From contig CBDAOY010000007.1 of NCBI GenBank assembly GCA_965198225.1, positions 544,001-608,000 on the forward strand: a stretch of 64,000 nucleotides of DNA. The letters run 5' to 3'. Position 1 is the stretch's first letter; each line of letters starts with the position of its first letter. A model generated the notes under the pieces. That model worked only from the letters and a program-made list of their open reading frames with translations. It made no database searches and was not told the origin of the DNA. The DNA is from Terriglobia bacterium. GTDB lineage: Bacteria; Acidobacteriota; Terriglobia; 20CM-2-55-15. Below are positions 37,497-48,398 of this stretch, piece by piece. The position numbers and the translations under genes are program-made.

Positions 37497-38453
37497 TTAT
37501 GCCGCATGAAGTTCAACGATGTCACCGTCGTCCAGGATGAAATCGCGCGCGACCATGATGCCGTCGATCTTGCCCTCCCCCCACAGCTTGGCGAACTTGA
37601 GTGTTTCGGCCAGGTCTCGATGTACGGAACCGGCCAGGTCCAGAACCGTGCTTCCCCGGGACAGCACGAAGGGGTCCTTGCGTTCGGCTTTTTTCCCCGG
37701 AACCTTGGTATAGACTCTTACCAGTTCGAGGAATTCGTAGACCTTCCTCTTGAAGGCCTCGACTTCCGGCGACGTCGCCGAGGTGCTGGAGAACGGGATC
37801 ATGGGAAGGTTGTCGGCGTAGATTTCCAGCACGATCTGCGCCCTGACAGCCGCTTCGGCGTCGTCGCTCTTGTGGCCCACGATCAGGGTCTTCCGTTCCT
37901 TCAGGTCCGTCTTCCCCTTCTCCAGAACCTGTTCGGTCGACTCCATGTGATCCAGGACGGAGTCGTCGGACAGATCGACTGTCCACAGGACGGCATCTGC
38001 GTTCCGGATAATCTGCGGCACCCAGTATTCCATGTGTTCGGCCGACACGGGCGGGAGGTCCACCAGCTGCAGGTGGACGTCTTCGTAGATCAGTATCCCC
38101 GGAACAGGTGCGCGGGTCGTGAACGGGTAGTCCGCGACTTCGGTTCGAGCATTGCTCAGGCGCGCCAGGAGTGCGGACTTGCCCGAGTTGGGGGCGCCCA
38201 CCAAAGCCAGCTGCCGCGCGCCTTCCCGCTCCACGTGAAAGAAGTCGCGCCGCGCCCCGGACTTCTTGCCCGACGATTCCTTTCGCAATGCCGACAGCTT
38301 CTTCTTCAGTTCGGCTCGCAGTTTTTCGGTACCTTTGTGCTTCGGAATGATGGCCATCATCTCCTGAAGCGCAACCAGCTTTTCCGGCGGAGTCTGGGCT
38401 TGTTTGAACCGCTGTTCCGCCTCCAGATACTGGGGAGTGAGGTTCGCCGGCAT
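37497..38453 (-). CDS. GTP-binding protein with TGS domain (DRG-like)
   Basis: MPANLTP, KHKGTEKL, GAPNSGKS, ADYPFTT, DGDIVELH. Confidence 0.88.
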   Translation of the reverse strand: MPANLTPQYLEAEQRFKQAQTPPEKLVALQEMMAIIPKHKGTEKLRAELKKKLSALRKESSGKKSGARRDFFHVEREGARQLALVGAPNSGKSALLARLSNARTEVADYPFTTRAPVPGILIYEDVHLQLVDLPPVSAEHMEYWVPQIIRNADAVLWTVDLSDDSVLDHMESTEQVLEKGKTDLKERKTLIVGHKSDDAEAAVRAQIVLEIYADNLPMIPFSSTSATSPEVEAFKRKVYEFLELVRVYTKVPGKKAERKDPFVLSRGSTVLDLAGSVHRDLAETLKFAKLWGEGKIDGIMVARDFILDDGDIVELHAA

Positions 38454-38520
38454 GAGCTAAGAATAGCACAGCGGGGCGACGGTGCAACTCTGCCCTGACC
38501 GGGGTTAACTACTTTAATTT

Positions 38521-39762
38521 TCAATGCGTTTCGGAAACTGTCCGGGGCTCCGGGATGAACACGCAGACGGCGGGAATCAGAATGGTCACGGACGCTGCGA
38601 TCCAGCCGACGGCCGCGAAGCCGGCCGCATCGTAGGCGGTGGCTGAAACTAAGGCCAGCGTTGCGATTCCCAGCTGGGACGCCGCGTTCCGTATCGCGAC
38701 ATAGGAACCTCGGACTTCGGGTCCGACCAACTCCGTCGTCAGGGCATGCAAGGGCGCCTGCCTCGCTGATGCCGCCACGCTGAGCAGACCGATTCCGGCA
38801 AAGAGCGCCCATCCCCACTGGAGACCGGAAACCGTGATGAACATGATTGCCAGAACAAGGTTGGCCGCGATGATAATCTTTTTCTTGCCAATGCGATCGG
38901 AGAGCCAGCCCGACAGCGGTGACGCCGCGGTTGCCGTCACACCGGCCGCCATGAAGAGCAATCCGATTCCCTCGATCCCGATGCCCTGACTCGAACGGAG
39001 CCAGACGCCGACGAAGGTGAGGAAACCGACGAGCCCCCCCGAGGTCAGGAACGCGGCGGCTATTCCTGCGAGCCGATTCCGGATCCGCAAGTGGGCAAAC
39101 ACCGCCGCCGGGGAAATCCGACCTTCACGACGCTGATCGGACGGCAGAAAAAGGGTGGTCGTCAACAGCATCCCCAACCCCGCCACCGCCAGGCCCGCGA
39201 ACACCCATCGCCAGCCCAGCCTCGCGGTCACGAAAGCAGCGGCGGGAATACCGATTCCAAAGGCGAGGAAGTAGGCCATCGATATGATTCCCATCGCTCT
39301 GCCCCGGTGTTCGTACGGGTAGAGATCCGCGGCATAAGACAGCGCCAGGGTGGATAGCGCCCCAGCCCCCAAACCTGTCAACATGCGCGTCCACAGCAAA
39401 GTGCTAAAATAAGGAGCCAGGTATGTCAACAGCGATGCTGTGCTGAACAGAGCCAGAGCCAAACAGATCAGCCGCTTGCGACCGAGCCTGTCTGATACGG
39501 TGCCGGCGAGAAGAGCGAATGCCGCGGACGCCAGTGCGTAGGTCGTGACGAGAATTCCGGCCCGGCCGGGCGCAATACCCAGATCCTCCGCCATGAAGGG
39601 GAGCAGCGGAGGGATGAGTTGGGTGTCGGCGACTCCCAGAAACAGGACACCGAACAGAACAAGAGCCGCACTCCACCGGAAGCGGCCGGCCTCAGTTGCC
39701 GCAGAAGAAGCGGCGTCGCTCGCCGCTCCGGGACGCCCGCCCGGTTCGTTGGCAGAGGGCAC
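38521..39762 (-). CDS. MFS transporter
   Basis: Many hydrophobic helices; GTVSDRLGRK and GWLSDRIGKK motif A. Confidence 0.9.
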   Translation of the reverse strand: MPSANEPGGRPGAASDAASSAATEAGRFRWSAALVLFGVLFLGVADTQLIPPLLPFMAEDLGIAPGRAGILVTTYALASAAFALLAGTVSDRLGRKRLICLALALFSTASLLTYLAPYFSTLLWTRMLTGLGAGALSTLALSYAADLYPYEHRGRAMGIISMAYFLAFGIGIPAAAFVTARLGWRWVFAGLAVAGLGMLLTTTLFLPSDQRREGRISPAAVFAHLRIRNRLAGIAAAFLTSGGLVGFLTFVGVWLRSSQGIGIEGIGLLFMAAGVTATAASPLSGWLSDRIGKKKIIIAANLVLAIMFITVSGLQWGWALFAGIGLLSVAASARQAPLHALTTELVGPEVRGSYVAIRNAASQLGIATLALVSATAYDAAGFAAVGWIAASVTILIPAVCVFIPEPRTVSETH

Positions 39763-39837
39763 CGGCGGATTCTACCACACGGTTTTCTGCCGTCGTGGGA
39801 GCTCGACGACGCAGAAAGAAGCGGAGAGGATGACAAT

Positions 39838-42264
39838 TTGAAGAGCGATTTCGGAGACCCTCAAGAGATTCAAGCCCGGATTCCTTCCATACCAGAGGAG
39901 TTGCCGATCCTGCCGGTTCGGGACACGGTGATCTTCCCGACCGCGGTCATGCCTCTGACGGTCGGGCGGGAGAGCTCGGTTCAGCTCGTTAATGACGTGC
40001 AGGGCGGTGACGCCCTTTTGGCAGTGCTGACTCAGAGGGACAAAGTCGTAGAGTCACCCGCCCCCGAGGACCTCTACGAAACCGGGACCGTGGCGGTCGT
40101 CCATCGCGTCATGCGAACCCCTGAGGGCAACCTGTTCGTCATCATCATGGCGATCTCTCGCCTGAGGGTCGTCGAATTTACTCAGTTTGAACCCTATCAT
40201 CGCGCCCGGATCGAACTCCTGACGGACGAGCCCGAAGACGAAGACGACGTGAATTTCAAGGCGCTCCGGCGCAGCGTGTTGGGGCAGTTCGAACGGGTGA
40301 TCGAGCTGTCACCGCAGCTTCCCGATGATCTTCAAACCTTCGTCCTCAATATCGAAGAACCCGGCCGGCTCGCCGATTACATCGCCACCAATCTTCCGAA
40401 CCTCACGGTGGAGTCTAAACAGTTCGTCCTGGATCAGACCGGTGTGCGAGAGAGAATGGATTTCCTGAACACGGAACTCGCCAAAGAGCTCGAGGTGCTG
40501 GAACTGCACACGAAGATCCAGACGCAGGTGGAGGAGGAGGTCGGCAAGACCCAGCGCGAATACTTCCTCCGCGAGCAGCTCCGCGCAATCCAGAAAGAGC
40601 TCGGCGAGACGGACGATTCGCAGCGGGAAATCGATGAGCTCAGGGAGAAAATCGAGCAAGCCGAGATGCCGGAGGAGGCGCTGAAAGAGGCGGAGCGTGA
40701 GTTGACCCGACTGCAACGAATGTCGCCGGCGGCGGCCGAGTATACAGTCACCAGAACGTATCTGGACTGGCTGGTGACCCTGCCCTGGAGCATCCTGTCG
40801 AAACAGAAGGTCGACATCGTCCACGCGAAGGAAATCCTCGAGCGGGACCACCACGACCTGGAGAAGATCAAAGAGCGGATACTCGAACATCTCGCCGTCC
40901 TGGAGTTACGGCCGGAAGGGAAAGCACCGATTCTTTGTTTCGTCGGACCTCCCGGGGTGGGAAAGACTTCGCTCGGACGTTCGATCGCCGAGGCCATGGG
41001 CCGGAAGTTCATACGGATGTCACTGGGTGGAATGCGGGATGAGGCGGAGATCCGCGGCCATCGTCGAACCTACATTGGAGCGCTACCGGGTCAGATCATC
41101 CAGAGCATCCGCAGGGTTGGTACACGGGACCCTGTCCTGATGCTCGACGAGATCGACAAACTTGGCGCCGACTTCCGCGGAGATCCGGCCGCCGCGCTGC
41201 TCGAAGTGCTCGATCCGGAGCAGAACGTCGGTTTTCGCGACCACTACCTGGATGTTGCATTCGATCTGTCGCGAGTCTTTTTCATCACCACGGCGAACGT
41301 TCTGGACACGGTTCCGTCCGCTTTGAGGGATCGGATGGAAACAATCGAGCTGCCCGGCTACACCGAGGAAGAGAAAGTGCAGATCGCAAAGCACTATCTG
41401 GTGCCCCGCCAGCGGGAAGACAATGGCGTCGAGCCGGACCAGATCCTCTTCGATGAAGATGCCCTCCAGTACATCACCCGACACCACACGCGTGAAGCGG
41501 GCGTCCGGAACCTCGAGCGTGAGATCGGAAACATTTGCCGGAAGTACGCCCGAAGAATCCTCGAAGGTGAGCCACCGCAGGCCGAGGTGACCCAAGAAGT
41601 CATTTCGGACTTGCTGGGGGCCCGCAAGTTTCAGATTGCCGAAGAACTCGAAGACCGCGTCAAACGCCCGGGCGTTGCGGTTGGCCTTGCCTGGACGCCG
41701 GTTGGAGGTGAGGTCTTGTTCGTCGAGGCCAGCCTTACCGGCGGCGGCCGTCACCTGACTGTTACGGGCCAGGTCGGAGACGTTATGCAGGAGTCTACGA
41801 AGGCTGCCCTGACCTGGGTCCGGTCGGTGGCGCCCCGGCTGGGTCTGGAGTCGGACTTCTACAAGGACAGGGACATCCACATCCACGTGCCATCGGGATC
41901 GATCCCCAAGGACGGGCCGTCGGCGGGCGTCACGATGGTTACCGCACTGGTCTCGGCGCTTATGTCCCAAGCCGTGAGACCAAAGCTGGCCATGACGGGG
42001 GAGATCACACTGAGCGGTCATGTCCTTCCGGTCGGCGGGATCAAGGAGAAGGTGCTGGCGGCGCGTCGGGCCGGCGTGGAAGAAGTCGTTCTGCCCGCCG
42101 AGAACGAGAAGAACGCTCTGGAGGAAATACAGGACGAACTGCGCAGCTCCATCCGTATCCGGTATGTCAAAACCATTGAAGACGTGCTGGATCTCGCCTT
42201 CCCGGAACCCGTATTGCTTCCATCTGTGGCCAGCGGGGTTTCTGAAGCTTCGAAGAGCCAGTGA
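39838..42264 (+). CDS. lon: ATP-dependent Lon protease (start uncertain)
   Basis: LPILPVRDTVIFP, GPPGVGKT, RRTYIGALPG, PKDGPSAG, GGIKEK. Confidence 0.95.
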   Translation: MKSDFGDPQEIQARIPSIPEELPILPVRDTVIFPTAVMPLTVGRESSVQLVNDVQGGDALLAVLTQRDKVVESPAPEDLYETGTVAVVHRVMRTPEGNLFVIIMAISRLRVVEFTQFEPYHRARIELLTDEPEDEDDVNFKALRRSVLGQFERVIELSPQLPDDLQTFVLNIEEPGRLADYIATNLPNLTVESKQFVLDQTGVRERMDFLNTELAKELEVLELHTKIQTQVEEEVGKTQREYFLREQLRAIQKELGETDDSQREIDELREKIEQAEMPEEALKEAERELTRLQRMSPAAAEYTVTRTYLDWLVTLPWSILSKQKVDIVHAKEILERDHHDLEKIKERILEHLAVLELRPEGKAPILCFVGPPGVGKTSLGRSIAEAMGRKFIRMSLGGMRDEAEIRGHRRTYIGALPGQIIQSIRRVGTRDPVLMLDEIDKLGADFRGDPAAALLEVLDPEQNVGFRDHYLDVAFDLSRVFFITTANVLDTVPSALRDRMETIELPGYTEEEKVQIAKHYLVPRQREDNGVEPDQILFDEDALQYITRHHTREAGVRNLEREIGNICRKYARRILEGEPPQAEVTQEVISDLLGARKFQIAEELEDRVKRPGVAVGLAWTPVGGEVLFVEASLTGGGRHLTVTGQVGDVMQESTKAALTWVRSVAPRLGLESDFYKDRDIHIHVPSGSIPKDGPSAGVTMVTALVSALMSQAVRPKLAMTGEITLSGHVLPVGGIKEKVLAARRAGVEEVVLPAENEKNALEEIQDELRSSIRIRYVKTIEDVLDLAFPEPVLLPSVASGVSEASKSQ

Positions 42265-42408
42265 AAGGGTGACGGATCGGCCGCCAGCCTCGCCGCGACT
42301 GTTGTTAAGTCAATATTACAAAAGAGTTCCCGCTTTGACAGGAACTCTGACTCCGCCTTATATTTTGACTAGCGACAACGCTTCAGTGTCAAGCTTCTCC
42401 GTTGTGTC

Positions 42409-43740
42409 ATGGAAATGACGAGCACCTCTACCGAGACCGAGTTTACAGCCTGGTTTGAATGCTTCTCGGGTTGCGGAGACCGGTACCCGCTGGACGAGAT
42501 CGTGTACCGCTGCAAGAACTGCGACGGCCTCCTCGAGGTCCGTCACGATCACGACGCGCTGGGGATGGTCGGGCCCGAGCAGTGGAAGGAGCTTTTCGAT
42601 TCGCGGCTCGCCGGCTCGAGTGGCGTCTGGTCGAAGAAAGAGTGGGTTCTTCCCCTCGTCGCGCCCGCCGACATCGTGTCGCTGGGCGAAGGCAACACGC
42701 CCATGATTTCCAGCCCCAGGATGGCCGCGGATCTCGGTGTCGAGGAACTGCACATAAAACAGTGCGGGACCACGCACACCGCGTCGTTCAAGGATCTGGG
42801 GATGACTGTGCTCGTTTCGATGGTCAACAGGATCCGTTCGAGGATTCGTGCGGTGGTTTGTGCATCGACTGGCGACACGTCGGCGGCCCTGGCGGCCTAC
42901 TGTGCCGCGGCAGGAATACCGTCGATCGTGTTTCTGCCCAGGGACAAGGTGTCGCTGGCGCAGTTGATCCAACCGATATCCAACGGGGCCCTCACCCTGT
43001 CGCTCGACACCGACTTTGACGGCTGCATGAAGATCGTGCAGGAGGTGACCCGGGATCCGTCGATCTATCTGGCCAACTCCATGAACTCGCTGCGCGTCGA
43101 AGGGCAGAAAACTATCAGCGTCGAGATCGTCCAGCAACTGGGGTGGGAGGTCCCGGAGTACGTCGTCGTACCCGGCGGCAACCTTGGCAACATTTCCGCG
43201 ATCGGAAGCGGTTTTCTCTTGATGAGGGAACTGGGATTGATTTCACGGCTTCCGCGGCTCGTCTGTGCGCAGACAGAGAAGGCCAACCCGCTCTACAGAG
43301 CGTACCTTGACGGCCTGGAGGCGCTTGAACCGGTCGTCGCCCAGCCGACGATGGCGACGGCCATTCAGATCGGCAACCCGGTGAGCTTTCCCAAGGCGGT
43401 CCGCGCCCTTCGGGCGACGGACGGGATCGTCGAGCAGGTCAGTGAGGCCGAGCTGGCCGACGCGGCGGCCTACGGTGACCGGTTCGGTTTCTTTAACGAT
43501 CCGCAGACGGGCGTCGCTCTGGGCGTGACGCGAAAGCTGATTCGTTCCGGAACCATCCCGGCAAGCGCTCGGGTCGTGGTGATCAGCACGGCCCACGGTT
43601 TGAAGTTCATAGACTTCAAGTTGCAGATTCACCAGGGCCAGATTCCCGATACCGATCAGGCGCTGCGGAACCTTCCCGTGGAGGTCCCGGCGGATGTCGA
43701 CGAAATCCGGGCAACGATCAATGGAACGCTACCTGCATGA
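42409..43740 (+). CDS. thrC: Threonine synthase
   Basis: GEGNTP, SFKDLG, CASTGDTSAA, PGGNLGN, STAHGLKF. Confidence 0.92.
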   Translation: MEMTSTSTETEFTAWFECFSGCGDRYPLDEIVYRCKNCDGLLEVRHDHDALGMVGPEQWKELFDSRLAGSSGVWSKKEWVLPLVAPADIVSLGEGNTPMISSPRMAADLGVEELHIKQCGTTHTASFKDLGMTVLVSMVNRIRSRIRAVVCASTGDTSAALAAYCAAAGIPSIVFLPRDKVSLAQLIQPISNGALTLSLDTDFDGCMKIVQEVTRDPSIYLANSMNSLRVEGQKTISVEIVQQLGWEVPEYVVVPGGNLGNISAIGSGFLLMRELGLISRLPRLVCAQTEKANPLYRAYLDGLEALEPVVAQPTMATAIQIGNPVSFPKAVRALRATDGIVEQVSEAELADAAAYGDRFGFFNDPQTGVALGVTRKLIRSGTIPASARVVVISTAHGLKFIDFKLQIHQGQIPDTDQALRNLPVEVPADVDEIRATINGTLPA

Positions 43741-43802
43741 CAATCTGTTGCGACCTGAAATATCTCTTGTTTCAGCAAGTTAAGGTCTTCATCGGGTGAC
43801 GT

Positions 43803-46800
43803 GTGGTCAAAATGAACACAGTGTGGCGACTAATGTTCTCACTGATTGTGGTAGTGATCGTCGCGCTGATCGTGGCATTGCCTGCGTCCGCACAGTCGAT
43901 TCTAAGCTTCCCGCACGTTGTCCAGACCCCCACCGTCCGGACAGCCTTTTCGCTGTCGAATCTCTCTGATTTGGACGCAGAGGTCGATTTCACCCTCTAC
44001 TCTCTTGACGGCAGAATCGTCACCGGTCTCGCAAACCCCGTGCGCTACCGCATCGAGGCTCGGGGGGCGCTTTCGATGTTCGCGGACGAAGTGTTCGCGG
44101 CCAACGGATTCGAAGGCTGGGTTCAGGTAACGAGTCCGACCTCCGGAATAGACGGGTTTCTCTACGAGGGTGACTTCCGATCCGCTCTGGACGCCGCGCG
44201 CGGGGCAGTGGCCCTTACGGACCAGATCGTGCCCTGGCTGGGCGATTCCGGCGGTGATCTCCGTATCATCAACTCCTCCTCTCAGGCAGCGTCCCTCAAC
44301 GTTGCGTTTGCCAACAGCCGGGGAGACATCGTCGGCTCGGTGCCGGCGATCCTGAACGCCAACTCGGGTATCAGCGTCCCGACTTCCGATTTCATACTGC
44401 AGGGAGGCGGAAACCTGACGGCCCGGGTGACGTCCAGTGTCGGGGTGGTAGCCCAGGCCCTGGTCGAAACGAACGGCTCTCTCGTTCTCGTGAACGGGCA
44501 ATCAGCATCCGCAACAGCTACCGTTCGTAGGGCTCCCCACGCAATCCTCGGCAACGGTTTTGATTCCATGCTGGTTCTTGCGAACCCGACGGGCCAGGCG
44601 GTGACCGTTTCGGCGACGTTCTTCGACGAGAACGGCGGTCCGGTTCATGCTTCGCTCAGTGCCCCATCGCAGCAACTCCTCACCATTCCGGCGAACGGCT
44701 CGGTTTCAGTCGGCGCCACCCAGTTGACGGGACTCCTTTTTGCCCCGGCCGTAAATGGATGGATCGAAGTGACTTCGCCGAACGTTCCCCTCGGTGCCTC
44801 GGTCGTGATTACCCAAGGCTTGAACCGGACGGTCTACCCGTTGCAGAGCGAGGGTCTCGGCCGGGTCTTCTACCCACAACTTTCGGAAGCACAAGGTCTG
44901 TTGACGGGACTCGTCCTGGTGAATCCGAGTCCGGTTTCCGCCACAGTTGCACTCAGGCTGGTCGATGGCGACGGTTTCGCGATCAGCAGTTCGGAAATCG
45001 AGTTGGCGGCCAATTCGAAGCAGACCGCGTATGTGCGCGACATCCTGCCGGGGTTCGACCCCAGCCGGGGTGGGCTGCTCTTGCTGGAGTCTTCGGAACT
45101 CTACGGGCTCGAGATCGTTGGCGACGAGGGAGGTGGGTTGCTTGCCGCCGTTGAACCCGGATCCCTGACAGCCGACTTCGAACCGAAGCCGAGTACGGCT
45201 CGACCCGAGCTGGTGGACGTCTCCCCGCTCGAGGGGCGAACGGGCGATTCGATTCGGATACGCACTTCGAACGTGGGTGACGACGGCACGGTGTTTCTCG
45301 GGGACCGGCCCCTCACCGCGCGGTTCCTGGCTCCCGGCATCGCAATTCAGGTCGTCGACATCCCCGCCATCGAACCCGGATTCGTCGACCTGCGAGTCCG
45401 CTCCGCGGACGGGCGCGAATCCGACCCCGTGCCTATACTGGTGCTGCCGGACGACGCGACTTCCCTGCGAGAGGTTCGTGGCCGAGCTTTCTACGAGAAA
45501 GTGGACATCGGCACCGACGGGTTGAACCTGGCTCGTCCGGTCATGGTGCCGATACGATACGCCCGCGTAGACATCCTGAACCGTCAGACCGGCCTTCTCG
45601 TTTCGGTCGCTGATACTGATGAGAACGGCCATTTCCGTGCCGCCGTCCCGGAAGGTCCCGATTACAGTCTTCGTGTCCTGAGCCAGCTCCGATCTTCAGA
45701 GGCCGTTGTCGCCGACAACACCAACGGCGGATCCGTTTTCTTTGTGGGCGCGGACGTCGACACCGAGGGGACTCCGATTCTTGTACGCGCGGGATTCGAC
45801 GCGAACGTCGGGCGCTTTCAACATTCTCGAAGTCGTTAGACGGGGCAGTGCCTACGTGGATGCAGTCGAGCCGGCCCTGCAATTGCCCCAGTTGACGATC
45901 TTCTGGAGTCCTATCAACACGAACCGTGATGGAAACCCGTTCCTCGGCGAAATCGGAGGCACGTTCTTTGACGTTTCCGACTCTACCGCCTTCATTCTCG
46001 GCGACCGAGCTACCGATTCCGACGAGTTTGATGACTCGGTGATTCTCCACGAGTACGCTCACCTGCTCGCGGCCAGGTTCTCCGCCGATGATTCTCCGGG
46101 CGGGGCGCATGTTCTCGGCGATGTCCTTGATCCCCGCGTCGCCTGGTCGGAAGGCTGGGCTAATTTCTTTTCCGCCGTCGTGCGAAACGATCCCGTCTAC
46201 CGGGATTCCATGGGACAGGACGGCGCAACAGCTCTCGAGTACGACCTCGAGGTCAACAGTCCGGCCGGAGACCAGCCCGGATACTGGAGTGAGTTTTCCG
46301 TTCATTCGATTCTGTGGGATCTGTTCGATGAAAGTGATGATCCCGGCGACGTCTTCCAGCTTCCGTTTACCACAATCTGGAGCGCCTTCAGATCGCTGGC
46401 CCTGGAGCGGTTTGTGTACTTGCCCATTTTCCTCGACCGTTTGGCCGCCCTTGACCCGGAAGCAGCTTCCATCCTGGACCAGATCGTTCGGCTGCGGGCC
46501 ATAGATTTCTCATCGGCAAACGATCCCAGCGTCTCGAACCCCTTCCCACGCATACTCCCGGACACGTTGCCGGTCACCGGGGAGGTCGATTCGGCGTCGC
46601 GCGCGCGAGACAATCTCGCGCAATCGGCACATCTCTATTCTTTCGACGTCGATGGCGGGGCCGTTTCGATCCGCCTGGATGTGACGGGGCTCGGTCCGGC
46701 GCAGAACCCAGACGCGAACGACCTGGATCTGTTCCTGAGGGATTCGGAGGGGCGCATCATCGCGCGTTCCGATCGAGGCTTGAACGGACAGTCGGAATTG

Positions 46801-46923
46801 ATCTCGACATTCCTGCCTGAAGGACGGTACGTAGTCGAAATTCGCAGTTTCTACACTCGAGGCGAGACCGGAGAGTTGGTCTTCAATTCCGGTGCCTACC
46901 GGCTGATCGTGAGGCGGCCGTAA
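43803..46923 (+). CDS. Large secreted multidomain zinc metalloprotease-like protein, split by a 1-nt frameshift at ~45785
   Basis: Signal peptide, repeated beta-rich modules, IPT/TIG-like region; second frame has ILHEYAH...WSEGWANF and a PPC-like DLDLFL...GRYVVEI. Confidence 0.7.
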
Positions 46924-46940
46924 GGCGGCCTGCGGCCGCC

Positions 46941-47190
46941 AGTAGTCAGTAGTCAAACTCCCCTCCTTGGTGGATAAGGAGGGGTGGATGCGCCGAAGGC
47001 GCAGACGGGGTGGTTTCCGGGGTCGGCTAGCCTTTTCTCACGTTCCTGCTTAAGCCAACACCCGGGGACAGGGCCAGGCCCCTGTCCCCCTCACAGTGGC
47101 TCTCTCGCGGATCATTTCGCTCAACCAACAACGCGGACAACGGCCTACGCGCAACGGCCTACGGATAACTGACTACCGACTACTGACTAC
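46941..47190. repeat. Cluster of four repeat families between convergent genes
   Basis: AGTAGTC heptamers, CCCCTCC hairpin (46955-47014), ~70-bp dispersed repeat (47045-47110), ACGGCCT heptamers, GACTACT heptamers. Confidence 0.7.
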
Positions 47191-48369
47191 TTCTTCAATC
47201 CCGTAGCACTCCACGGCAGCCGCAACCCCCGAACCTCTCGGTACCGAACAGCCCTGATCCGCCAAGGCCTCTTCCAGCGCACCCAGCAGGAGCAAGATGT
47301 TGTTTCGGATCGACGAAGAGCCCATCAGGCCGATCCGCCAGATTTTTCCCCTCAGTGGGCCGAGACCGCCGACGATTTCGATTCCGTATCGTTCCAGCAG
47401 GAGCCGCCGCACTGCAACGTCGTCCACCCCATCCGGAACCAGGACCGTGTTCACCGTCCACGCTCGATTCTCGGGGCGGGCAAACATTTCCAGGCCCATC
47501 GCCTCGATTCCGGCTACCAGCGCCAGGTGGTTCTGCCGGTGCCGGGAGAACCGGTTCGCCAGTCCTTCCTCTTCGATTATTCGGAGGGCTTCGCGCATCG
47601 CGTAGTTCAAGTTGATCGGTGCCGTGTGATGGTAGACGCGATTGGTCTTTCTCCAATACTTGCCGAGCAACGACAGGTCCAGATACCAGCTCTGCACGGG
47701 AGTCGAACGCTTCTCAAGCTTTCGAATCGCCTTGTCGGAAAGCGAAACAGGCGCGAGACCCGGCGGGCAACTCAAACACTTCTGACTGCCGCTGTACACG
47801 AAATCGAGGTTGTTTTTCGCCGCCGCCAGCGGTTGTCCGCCGAGCGACGCGACCGCGTCCACGATCGAAACGATGTCCCCGCGCCCGCAGATCTCCGCCA
47901 GTGGTTCGAGCGGTTGTGCGACGCCCGTCGAGGTCTCCACGTGAACGAAGCCCAACACGCAGGGCTTACACTCGTCGATTGCCCGGCTGATCTGTTCGGG
48001 TTCAAACACCTCTCCCCATTCCGCTTCGAGCCGGGTCACCCTGCCGCCTGCCCTCTCGGCAATGTCGGCCATACGGCCGGCAAAGAAGCCGGAGCTGCAG
48101 ATCAGGACGGAATCCCCGGGCTCGATCATGTTGACCAGGGCCGCTTCCATTCCCGCGGTACCGGTACCCGAGATCGGAAGCGTCAGCGTGTTTTCGGCCT
48201 CAAAAACCATCCGAAGGCCGTCCTGTACCACGTCCATTACTTCACCCTCGAAGACAGGGTCCATGTGGCTGAGCACGGACTGGGACAACGCGTCCATGAC
48301 GCGGGGGTCGACATCGCTGGGCCCCGGGCCCAGCAGAACTCTGAATGGGGCGTGAAACTCCTTGGTCAA
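47173..48369 (-). CDS. Alanine-glyoxylate aminotransferase family (class V PLP)
   Basis: LLGPGPS, SGTGTAGME, HVETSTG, DAVASLGG, SGSQKCL. Confidence 0.9.
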   Translation of the reverse strand: MTKEFHAPFRVLLGPGPSDVDPRVMDALSQSVLSHMDPVFEGEVMDVVQDGLRMVFEAENTLTLPISGTGTAGMEAALVNMIEPGDSVLICSSGFFAGRMADIAERAGGRVTRLEAEWGEVFEPEQISRAIDECKPCVLGFVHVETSTGVAQPLEPLAEICGRGDIVSIVDAVASLGGQPLAAAKNNLDFVYSGSQKCLSCPPGLAPVSLSDKAIRKLEKRSTPVQSWYLDLSLLGKYWRKTNRVYHHTAPINLNYAMREALRIIEEEGLANRFSRHRQNHLALVAGIEAMGLEMFARPENRAWTVNTVLVPDGVDDVAVRRLLLERYGIEIVGGLGPLRGKIWRIGLMGSSSIRNNILLLLGALEEALADQGCSVPRGSGVAAAVECYGIEEVVSSR

Positions 48370-48398
48370 TTCGATACGTGCTCCGTCGAGATGGAAAA

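Noticed and set aside
39619-39837. N-terminal extension of Lon in the ORF track (similar cases: hscA 5160-5294, iscR 8245-8349)
   Set aside because: Overlaps neighbouring genes or promoter regions and lacks family similarity; downstream starts are more plausible.
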